Virus record (IMG/VR): IMGVR_UViG_3300047650_000023
Length of the DNA: 64,000 bases
Source of the DNA: a virus
Strand: one strand, 5' to 3'
In this document: piece by piece, positions 52,937 to 60,744 of the stretch
Layout: every line of letters starts with the position of its first letter
Numbering within the stretch: position 1 is the stretch's first letter
Translations under genes and position numbers: made by a program
The notes under the pieces: generated by a model
Seen by the model: only the letters and a program-made list of their open reading frames with translations
Databases searched by the model: none
Told to the model about the DNA's origin: nothing

Positions 52937-52965
52937 ATTATATCAAATAAGAAACTAAATGTCAA
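52937..52965 (-). promoter_or_regulatory. Sigma-A promoter of the recombinase-fold gene
   Basis: TTGACA-17-TATAAT. Confidence 0.85.
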
Positions 52966-52996
52966 CAACTAAATTCACATTTTTTTAAAATAAATT

Positions 52997-53503
52997 TCAA
53001 TGAGATAGTGAATAAACAGCCATTTTTACTTTTTTGTCTAATAATCTTTGCATCATGGGAAGTTGCATTAATGTTTTTTCAGCAACTAATTCCTGCTGCT
53101 CATTTGTCATTTTACCTATTTTACCTTTTAATTGAAATTTATTTATATCTCTCATTTTTTCTACTTCTACGGCACTATCTTTAATTAATCCTACAATTTC
53201 ATTAACACTATAATTTACATGAACTGGACTATATTTATCAACTCTTGATGTTAAAGGGATTCCTACAAAACTATCACTTTCTACTAATGCTCTTGCATTT
53301 ACTGTTGTGCTAAAAAAATTATATTTATCATTTGATATAATAAGAACTGGGCGAATTCCACCTTGTTGACTACCTTTAGCATCCGTAAGGTCAGCATACC
53401 AAATTTCTCCCTCTTGAGGGTTAATTAATTTGGCATTGCTATAAGTAGAATTATACGTAGGGGTATGATTACAAGTGTTTGGATATTCCATAGTTTGCAA
53501 CAT
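52997..53503 (-). CDS. mazF: MazF/PemK-family endoribonuclease toxin
   Basis: GEIWYADL...GSQQGGIRPVLIISND..N...IPLTS...H. Confidence 0.9.
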   Translation of the reverse strand: MLQTMEYPNTCNHTPTYNSTYSNAKLINPQEGEIWYADLTDAKGSQQGGIRPVLIISNDKYNFFSTTVNARALVESDSFVGIPLTSRVDKYSPVHVNYSVNEIVGLIKDSAVEVEKMRDINKFQLKGKIGKMTNEQQELVAEKTLMQLPMMQRLLDKKVKMAVYSLSH

Positions 53504-53564
53504 GATATTCACCACCATCCTTTTATAATTTATTTTTATTGTGTCTAAATCATATTGCTTTATT

Positions 53565-53593
53565 ATATTAACATAGTTTTAATTTATTGTCAA
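53565..53593 (-). promoter_or_regulatory. Sigma-A promoter of mazF
   Basis: TTGACA-17-TAATAT with TG extension; TTAATTTATTT at 53613. Confidence 0.75.
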
Positions 53594-53634
53594 TACTATT
53601 TTATAATTATTTTTAATTTATTTTTATATAAATA

Positions 53635-53659
53635 AGGAGGATGATTATTTCATCCTCCT
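53635..53659 (-). terminator. Intrinsic terminator
   Basis: AGGAGGATGA-5nt-TCATCCTCCT followed by T-rich sequence on the minus strand. Confidence 0.8.
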
Positions 53660-53674
53660 ATTACTAATTTTTAA

Positions 53675-54100
53675 TTAACCTACTTTAATCTTTATACTAT
53701 TATCTATAAACGCAAAATTTAACACTTCTATTTCTTTTTGATCTAATTGGATTTCACTCAATTCATATGTAACCGCATTCTTATCTTGGTTATCTAGTTT
53801 AATTAATGCAGCTAAATAATAATGGCGTTTATTATCTAATATATCATCTTGAATTATTAAATTTAATTGAGGTAATTGTTTATCAGCGCATTCTTCAAAA
53901 GATTGCTCTAAAAGAAAATAATAAATTGAATCATATTCATAAGTCCTTTTCTTTAATCTTTCTAATGGAATCACTAAATTTTCATAAAACATATTGGATA
54001 ATGAAATATTCATATCCATATGGTTTGTCATATTAAGCATATCCATTGTAATTTCAAACCTATAAACACCATTTTCTTGATTTCCTATTAATTTTAACAT
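53675..54100 (-). CDS. Hypothetical acidic protein in the lysogeny block
   Basis: 141 aa, SD GGAGGT, own promoter and terminator. Confidence 0.7.
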   Translation of the reverse strand: MLKLIGNQENGVYRFEITMDMLNMTNHMDMNISLSNMFYENLVIPLERLKKRTYEYDSIYYFLLEQSFEECADKQLPQLNLIIQDDILDNKRHYYLAALIKLDNQDKNAVTYELSEIQLDQKEIEVLNFAFIDNSIKIKVG

Positions 54101-54143
54101 TTTGCTACCTCCATATTTTGTATATTGATTATTTTTTAGAGGT

Positions 54144-54172
54144 ATGATACCATACTAATGGTATGTTTTCAA
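54144..54172 (-). promoter_or_regulatory. Sigma-A promoter inside nested palindromes
   Basis: TTGAAA-17-TATCAT with TG extension; overlaps inverted repeats ATACCAT/ATGGTAT and AGAGGTAT/ATACCTCT. Confidence 0.65.
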
Positions 54173-54183
54173 ATACCTCTTAG

Positions 54184-54233
54184 TTAGTGATAACCGTTGG
54201 TTTGGGAGACTGTGCGGTTATCACTAATTTTTT
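54184..54233 (+). terminator. 13-bp hairpin with U-tract on the plus strand
   Basis: TTAGTGATAACCG-18nt-CGGTTATCACTAA followed by TTTTTT. Confidence 0.75.
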
Positions 54234-54238
54234 ATTGT

Positions 54239-54451
54239 TTATTCTCCCCTTCTATCTATAGGGTCACATTCAAATAGAATTTTGATGTCAACATTGAGTG
54301 CGTGAGACAAACGACATAAAACATCAATTGTAGGTGAAGTTTCACCATTTTCAATGTTATTAATATGTGTCCTTGAAACACCTGATAGAATTGACAAACT
54401 TCTTAATGTCATTCGTTTTTGTTTACGAATTTCTTTAAGGTAGATTTGCAT
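54239..54451 (-). CDS. XRE-family HTH transcriptional regulator
   Basis: LKEIRKQKRMTLRSLSILSGVSRTHINNIENGETSPTIDVLCRLSHAL. Confidence 0.93.
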   Translation of the reverse strand: MQIYLKEIRKQKRMTLRSLSILSGVSRTHINNIENGETSPTIDVLCRLSHALNVDIKILFECDPIDRRGE

Positions 54452-54771
54452 ACTATCACCACCATTATTCTATTTCATCAATAGTATAATCTGGTGGTTG
54501 TGTAAATTCAATGTAAATATTTTAACATAAATCTTGTCCTTTATGTAGGACATAATCAATCGGTTATTACATGAAATCATATCAATTATGACATTTTTGA
54601 ATCAACTAATATTTTTCATGTAACAAGGGAATAATGTTCCTTTATATCTATAATATCACTTCCTATGTATGTAGTCAATAGATTTATAAAGTTTTGTTGC
54701 ACAAATTGCAACTTTATTTATAGAAAGCATAATAAACTAAATCTTAATTTAATTTATTTTCCCTTATGAAA

Positions 54772-54800
54772 ATAATACCACTATACTCACTAAAAGTCAA
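54772..54800 (-). promoter_or_regulatory. Sigma-A promoter upstream of the XRE gene
   Basis: TTGACT-17-TATTAT with TG extension; TTAATTTATTT at 54749 and 54820. Confidence 0.7.
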
Positions 54801-54837
54801 GATATTTATATCAATTATTTTAATTTATTTTAATCAT

Positions 54838-54893
54838 TAAGTCTATATAGTAGTCACCTGTTTATTAATTTAGATAACTACTATATAGACTTA
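54838..54893. repeat. 17-bp perfect inverted repeat after the ATPase gene (terminator or operator)
   Basis: TAAGTCTATATAGTAGT-22nt-ACTACTATATAGACTTA. Confidence 0.75.
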
Positions 54894-54907
54894 TTAATAA
54901 ATAATAT

Positions 54908-57169
54908 TTATAACGGAGTTGGTAAATGACTTATAAAAGTTTTCACACCTTCACTTGTTTGAATTAAATTCACAGAACACCATTTTTTCATATTTAAAAG
55001 TTCATCGATTTGAAAATCACCTAATTCTTCTTTTAACATTTGATAATTTTCTTTATGTGTTCCTTTTAACAACATATAACTTGCTCCTGCACCCTCTACC
55101 CCATCTAAAAGTGTCTTAAACTGTTTTAAATATTGACATGTAAAATAATAAGATATACCAAATTTACGTCCCTCGCAAATATTTTCAGCTATCAATTTAC
55201 TTGCTGTTTCAGCTTGATGTATTTCATCTGTTATTACATGAACAGTTCTAGGTTGTTTTTGTGTACTACCTCTAATTTGTGCTGACAACCATATTCTACT
55301 TAAAAAATAAGTTGTTAAAACATCTTTAATCCATTTCTTTTTAAATACACCTTCGGGCATTCTTATAAGAACAATTTTACCATCATTCATATATTTTACA
55401 AAATCAATATCATAATTTGGCTCAGATTTTAACATCATTTCAAGATATGGATTTCTTACTAATATATTAATTCTATCCATAATATTTTCTATTTTTGTTT
55501 CTTTTGTTCCACAAACCTTACCTTTAGAATCAATTTCATCTAATGAAAGCAAATCAAGAATTTTTATATCATCTTTAAGAAATAGCTTTTTTGAAATTAC
55601 ATCATCTATTATTTCGTGTCTAATTTTATAATTTTGAAGCATATTAATAACATCATAAATTTTTATTCTGCCTGTCATAAATGTAACCTTACAGGCAGTA
55701 TCCAATAATCGTGTCATTTTAGGTGTTAACGGTTGTGCTGTGCCATCATTTAAAGCATTTATTAAATATAAAACTTGCTCGGATAAATCACTAACGTTCC
55801 TTATAAGATCAAAACTTGTATAATTATTATCTAATTTAACTTCTGGAAAAGCTAAACCAGACAAATTCTTAACATCTGATAAATCAATTATAATAAGCTT
55901 GTCTTTGGGTATATATTGTTCCATTTTTCGTGATAATTCACAATCTTTAATATAATCCAAAACAATAGCACCATGATTAATTCTTGAAGCACAAACTGTA
56001 AAAGTTATTGTAACTTCTGATTTTCCACTTCCCATTCCTCCTACAACAATTTTAGGTAAACCCATAATATTATAATCATCTTGCCAATATACAGATTTTT
56101 CATTTCCATTTTTTATTGCTATTCCTATAGGTATACTTCCATTTAATAATATCGAAGGAATTTCAACTTCTCTCATATCAATAGATTGCATTTTAAATAA
56201 ATTTTGCAATGTAACTTGAGGTAGAAAACAAAGTTTTGCTGTTTCTTCAGTTGTAAGAATATTTCTTACTGGTGTAATACTTAACTTTCGTTCCTGCACA
56301 CGTTTTATATATCTTTCTGTTGAAATAATCTTTTTAGAAATCAAATAATTATCAAGTCGAATGGTATTATAACTTACTTCAAGAGCATGTAAAAGTTGTT
56401 CTCGGCAATCAATATTATCACTATGAGATATCAATCTAATTGTTGTATTATAAGCGTTAAATTTAGCTTTTTCTAATGTTGAACGACTCAATTTTTTATC
56501 ACGTAAAATTTTTGAAATATCATTATCTTCAATTTTAATCTTTTTAACTTGACTTTCGTCACCTAAAATAATCTCTTGAACAAGTTCACCTACAACAAGA
56601 CCACAATGAGCTAATGATTTAGCACAATTATTTATTAATTCGTTCTTATCCAATCTTAATTGATAAGACATAATACCATCTTTAAATTTTTGATATGCTT
56701 CTGAACAATTTAATCCCCATTCATAATTTTCAGGTGAAAATATATATTGAATTATTACATTTTCATTGTCTTTTAACATTTTTTGGATTTCCAACAGCGA
56801 ACCTATTGGTTCTAATTGACTACCATCAGTAGATAAACTTAGAAAATAATGATATTTCAATTCAAGTTCTCTTATTGCAGTATTATTATCAATAGACAGA
56901 TTGTATTTTTGTTCTGTTATTGTGCTTTTTTTAAGATTCTTTTTTATTATATCTATATCATTGTTATTTGAGGATGTAAGGTAAAAACCCACATCCTCTT
57001 TTTCAATCACAATTTCAAAACAAAATCGGTTATCTTTTATCCATGAACCACTTATTTTTTTATTCTGTTTACGTTGCCACAAGCTTTGATAATTGTGTAA
57101 TTCCCTAAATAATTCTTTTATATCATTTGATTGAACTTCTTTATCAGGAATTATTCTAAATGTTGTCAT
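54908..57169 (-). CDS. VirB4/VirD4/HerA-FtsK superfamily ATPase
   Basis: Walker A VGGMGSGKS, Walker B VITDEIHQ, and GRKFG..Y.FTCQY motif. Confidence 0.8.
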   Translation of the reverse strand: MTTFRIIPDKEVQSNDIKELFRELHNYQSLWQRKQNKKISGSWIKDNRFCFEIVIEKEDVGFYLTSSNNNDIDIIKKNLKKSTITEQKYNLSIDNNTAIRELELKYHYFLSLSTDGSQLEPIGSLLEIQKMLKDNENVIIQYIFSPENYEWGLNCSEAYQKFKDGIMSYQLRLDKNELINNCAKSLAHCGLVVGELVQEIILGDESQVKKIKIEDNDISKILRDKKLSRSTLEKAKFNAYNTTIRLISHSDNIDCREQLLHALEVSYNTIRLDNYLISKKIISTERYIKRVQERKLSITPVRNILTTEETAKLCFLPQVTLQNLFKMQSIDMREVEIPSILLNGSIPIGIAIKNGNEKSVYWQDDYNIMGLPKIVVGGMGSGKSEVTITFTVCASRINHGAIVLDYIKDCELSRKMEQYIPKDKLIIIDLSDVKNLSGLAFPEVKLDNNYTSFDLIRNVSDLSEQVLYLINALNDGTAQPLTPKMTRLLDTACKVTFMTGRIKIYDVINMLQNYKIRHEIIDDVISKKLFLKDDIKILDLLSLDEIDSKGKVCGTKETKIENIMDRINILVRNPYLEMMLKSEPNYDIDFVKYMNDGKIVLIRMPEGVFKKKWIKDVLTTYFLSRIWLSAQIRGSTQKQPRTVHVITDEIHQAETASKLIAENICEGRKFGISYYFTCQYLKQFKTLLDGVEGAGASYMLLKGTHKENYQMLKEELGDFQIDELLNMKKWCSVNLIQTSEGVKTFISHLPTPL

Positions 57170-57549
57170 TTAGCTATTGCACCACCTACTTCTTGTAATA
57201 ATTTCATAGCTGCAGGTAGAAATTGCATCAATAGATATCCAATTCCAGCATATTTAATTACACTCAAACCCTTACTGCGATTGCCACAAATTAGTAACAA
57301 TGTACCAACACCGCACATTGTAAAACTTACAGGATATGATAAACCCTGCAATAAATCTGTTATAGGTGCAAAGCTTGATATAATTTTATTTGAAATAGAT
57401 GATGAACAAGTTATAGCATCAGGAGTGGAAGTGTTATAAATTATTATTGCTGTTCCAATTGCAGAAAAAGTTGTAATTGTTACTGCACTACAGTTTTCTA
57501 AAACATGTTTAATATTACAACGTCTTGTGTCGATTATTATTGAATTCAT
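57166..57549 (-). CDS. TrbC/VirB2 pilin-like membrane protein
   Basis: SFAPITDLLQGLSYPVSF..CGVGTLLLICGNRSKGLSVIKYAGIGYLLMQFLP two-helix pattern; stop overlaps the ATPase start. Confidence 0.6.
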   Translation of the reverse strand: MNSIIIDTRRCNIKHVLENCSAVTITTFSAIGTAIIIYNTSTPDAITCSSSISNKIISSFAPITDLLQGLSYPVSFTMCGVGTLLLICGNRSKGLSVIKYAGIGYLLMQFLPAAMKLLQEVGGAIAK

Positions 57550-57558
57550 AATTACACC

Positions 57559-57819
57559 TCACACTAAACTTAATAAAGCACTAATTCCAAAACCAATAAA
57601 TCCCCACTTTAATGGCTTACGAAAATTAAATATTAAGCAGAAAAATCCAACTGCAATAACAATAATACTAACATATACTCCAATTTCACCTATCATAGAA
57701 ATTTTATCAAGTAGCCATGAACTATCGCCATACATATTAGGATCAAGATTTGGTTTTCCAAATGTACTCCAATCAAACCATTTACCGTTATTAACATAAT
57801 TTTGAACAGCATTATCCAT
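57559..57819 (-). CDS. Small 2-TM membrane protein (pilin-like)
   Basis: Start MDNAVQ at 57819 after SD GAGGTG; two hydrophobic helices. Confidence 0.6.
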   Translation of the reverse strand: MDNAVQNYVNNGKWFDWSTFGKPNLDPNMYGDSSWLLDKISMIGEIGVYVSIIVIAVGFFCLIFNFRKPLKWGFIGFGISALLSLV

Positions 57820-58050
57820 TATAAACACCTCTATATCGGTTATACTATTATTAATAAAAGGAGATGAATTAAATGCAAATAATAGGAGCAATTCTACTTG
57901 GTCTTGGTCTTTTAAGCTTAGGATTAAAATTATTTTAATAATAAATCTTGAAATTTGTAACATTTTCCTTTTCTTTGCATATAATATCGTATGCGATATT
58001 AAATATAGCCCACTTACAACCTCTTAAATTACAACCCTTAGAACAGAATT

Positions 58051-58347
58051 TTATCGATCATAATCTTCCAAATCCATAATACTTTTTAATAATTCTTCTG
58101 AATTAATGTTATTTATTTTGACATTATCAGGAGAATTTTTTATTGCTTTATCTATCTCTAATTTTATGTATTCCTTTATTTTAGAAAAATCTTGAATATT
58201 ATTTTTAATATTATCTTTATCATTCCGAATAAGTTTGATTACATACTTACTAAAATTTGGTACATTGTTTTCATCCTCTACAAAGTCATAAATATCAAAA
58301 TCTTTTTGAGTGAATGATACTGATTTAGTTTTTATATTCCTAGCCAT
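58051..58347 (-). CDS. ParR-like ribbon-helix-helix adaptor
   Basis: TKSVSF...IYDFV...NFSKYVIKLIRND; overlaps the parM stop. Confidence 0.7.
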   Translation of the reverse strand: MARNIKTKSVSFTQKDFDIYDFVEDENNVPNFSKYVIKLIRNDKDNIKNNIQDFSKIKEYIKLEIDKAIKNSPDNVKINNINSEELLKSIMDLEDYDR

Positions 58348-59272
58348 TTAAAATTCCTCCAATTTTATAATAAGCATTTGCATTATCCCACACAGCATAC
58401 TTAGAAACAATAGCGTTTGGTATTTTTTCTTTTATCACTTTTTCAAGAATTAATGAACCACCTCCAGTAAAAGCAATTTCTAAACCATTTAAACTCCAAT
58501 TACATTTTTTTGCTTCTTCAAGAATTCGATCAATTTGACTTTTTAAAACATAATTAATAATTTCAGATATCTTTTTTTTAGTTTTATCATCTCCGTAATA
58601 TTCATCATTTAAAAGATGTGATATTTCATAATCCTGATAATTAGTTTGAAGTTGTTTATTTAATTCTCGTTTTAGCTTAGCTAAAAGAATATTACCTCCT
58701 TCATTAATAGTAAAAACTGTTTCTTTAATCGGTTTTAACTTTCTATACACAGCTCCGTTAATATTTAATCCACCACAATCTATTACAGCAATTAGTCTAT
58801 TCATATTGCGATCTGGATTTTGATAAACATATCCTATTGACTCTGGAAATACTTTTACATCTATTAAATTAAATTTTTTACGTTCATTATTAATTTTCAT
58901 ATCTATATATCTTTCTTCTAAAAGATAATTCTTATATTGTTCTCTTGCTTCATGATTCACAAATGTTAGCAACGGACATCCTGTTATTACTCTTACATCA
59001 TTTTCTTTGTCAATCATTTTTCCAATAGCTAAATACATAGTCATTCTATGATTAATTTTTGCCTTACTCAAATCATAATCATTATTACTTACTTCTTCGC
59101 CAATAAGATATTTAACACCTTTATGTTCTACTAAATAAGTGTTTCCATTAATAATTTCATCTGAATCAGTTATCTCTACTTTAGTTTTTACATAGAATTG
59201 TTTTTCCCCTTTTTCAGTATTTACTACTTCCTTTGTTGCATCTTTTCCCATATCAATTCCTGTATAAAACAT
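58340..59272 (-). CDS. parM: ParM/StbA actin-like partition ATPase
   Basis: GIDMGKDATK, VFPESIG, VIDCGGLNIN and FTGGGS actin motifs. Confidence 0.9.
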   Translation of the reverse strand: MFYTGIDMGKDATKEVVNTEKGEKQFYVKTKVEITDSDEIINGNTYLVEHKGVKYLIGEEVSNNDYDLSKAKINHRMTMYLAIGKMIDKENDVRVITGCPLLTFVNHEAREQYKNYLLEERYIDMKINNERKKFNLIDVKVFPESIGYVYQNPDRNMNRLIAVIDCGGLNINGAVYRKLKPIKETVFTINEGGNILLAKLKRELNKQLQTNYQDYEISHLLNDEYYGDDKTKKKISEIINYVLKSQIDRILEEAKKCNWSLNGLEIAFTGGGSLILEKVIKEKIPNAIVSKYAVWDNANAYYKIGGILNG

Positions 59273-59435
59273 AAAACAAACCTCCATTCTACTTGTTATG
59301 AAAATTATTAACTTTAATAATAGTATAGCAAGTAAAGTTAATAATGTTACTAATTTTCATAATTTTTTAGAAATTTTTAAAGGCTTGTCCTATATTGTTA
59401 TCATACCATATATTGGTTATAATTTAAATATGAAA

Positions 59436-59474
59436 ATAGTAGTAACTACTTCACTTAAAAGTAGTTACTACTAT
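59436..59474. repeat. 16-bp perfect inverted repeat (terminator or operator)
   Basis: ATAGTAGTAACTACTT-7nt-AAGTAGTTACTACTAT. Confidence 0.75.
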
Positions 59475-59545
59475 AAATCAACAATTTGGTGAGAGTTTTA
59501 TATCTATATATAGTATCTTATTATTTAGATTTATACTATATATAA
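59473..59545. promoter_or_regulatory. Composite site: 18-bp motif plus tandem NrdR-box-like pair
   Basis: ATAAAT-CAACAA-TTTGGT at 59473-59490, 13-bp gap, CTATATATAG at 59504, CTATATATAA at 59536. Confidence 0.55.
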
Positions 59546-59552
59546 ATATAAA

Positions 59553-60251
59553 TTAAATTCTTATTGGTATAATTTGATTGTAAAGTATTGTATGTCTATT
59601 ATCAATATCTCCGTTATCATGATAATGTCCAAAATACCAATGTTTGAAATCAAGTTTTTCTTCTAGTATATCAAAATATTCTTCAACTGGAGTTGGAGGA
59701 AGTTTATATAGACCAATTGTATAATTGTTATATTCTTCAAATATTTTAATAGAACAAGTATGACTAATTACATAATTAACTTTCCAATTATGTTTATCAA
59801 GATTTGTCATACCCTCATTAAATTCTGTTTGATTAGGCATTTCTTCAGCCCACCATGATATACCTTCAGTTCTACGCATTCTATCTACAGACTCAGCACC
59901 ACCCATAGTAAAGAATGTATGACTGTCAATATCAAATACTTGACCACGCAGGAGATGATATATACTATCCGAAATTTTATGTATCTTACCACCACTCCAA
60001 TACTCTACAGGATACTGATTCAAAAGATTAAAGTTTTCATGATTTCCATCCACAAACAAAGTAGTAAAGTTTTTATCGTTTAACCATTTACGCCAATATA
60101 TTTCTTCATGACTATTATTCCATACGCCACCAAAATCTCCACAAATAATAACATAATCATTCTTTGTCATTTGTTTTTGTTCTACAAAATTAGGCATTGA
60201 AAATTTTGTTATATCAATTGGAATATGCGTATCACCTGTTATATAAATCAT
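59553..60251 (-). CDS. Calcineurin-like metallophosphoesterase
   Basis: GDTH, CGDFG, DGNHEN, ISHT, FGHYH. Confidence 0.92.
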   Translation of the reverse strand: MIYITGDTHIPIDITKFSMPNFVEQKQMTKNDYVIICGDFGGVWNNSHEEIYWRKWLNDKNFTTLFVDGNHENFNLLNQYPVEYWSGGKIHKISDSIYHLLRGQVFDIDSHTFFTMGGAESVDRMRRTEGISWWAEEMPNQTEFNEGMTNLDKHNWKVNYVISHTCSIKIFEEYNNYTIGLYKLPPTPVEEYFDILEEKLDFKHWYFGHYHDNGDIDNRHTILYNQIIPIRI

Positions 60252-60259
60252 TTTTTACC

Positions 60260-60499
60260 TCACCATAAATTCTCTGAATATAAAACTCCATGTTCATATC
60301 CATTTTCCCATATTATCTGACTACATTCTTTAGCTATAATCCATGTCTATTCTCTATCCACAAACTCTCCTGTGTCTGTTATAAAGCATTGTTCACCCTC
60401 TCTAATACAACCGTGGGGCAATGTATTCTTAAAGATATCACCGTGTCTATGACCTGTGTAAATGATGTTATCTTTACGTATGGTTGAATTTACTATCAT
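60260..60499 (-). pseudogene. 79-codon phage gene with in-frame TAG at 60347-60349
   Basis: MIVNSTIRKD..TGHRHGDI...FITDTGEFVDRE*TWIIAKECSQI...LYSENLW. Confidence 0.7.
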
Positions 60500-60500
60500 C

Positions 60501-60707
60501 TTATTTCCTTTCTCGTTTAATTATTTGAATACCCTTTAACGCTGTAAAGAACCACCCTAACCCCATCATAAATGTTACAAGATATACGGTAGGAAAAATA
60601 CCTATCCACTTTGTAAATACAAATATCAAAAATCCTATAATAGAAAACAGTATTGTTATACAAGCTACAATTAGAAAGTTAATTTGTTGCTTCAAATATT
60701 TATTCAT
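60501..60707 (-). CDS. Small membrane protein (2 TM)
   Basis: Hydrophobic 68-aa ORF. Confidence 0.6.
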   Translation of the reverse strand: MNKYLKQQINFLIVACITILFSIIGFLIFVFTKWIGIFPTVYLVTFMMGLGWFFTALKGIQIIKRERK

Positions 60708-60744
60708 CTTGCCTCCAAATATAGCTTAAAACTTACTTATTATA

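Noticed and set aside
54908-57819. Complete conjugation system (ICE)
   Set aside because: No relaxase, VirB6/VirB8-like or coupling-protein pair, and no oriT evidence in the window.
57820-57963. N-terminal extensions in the ORF track (57559-57963; also 62151-62699, 31824-32384, 47389-48048, 297-1346)
   Set aside because: Better SD-start pairs lie downstream, and the extensions overlap promoters, motifs or neighbouring genes.
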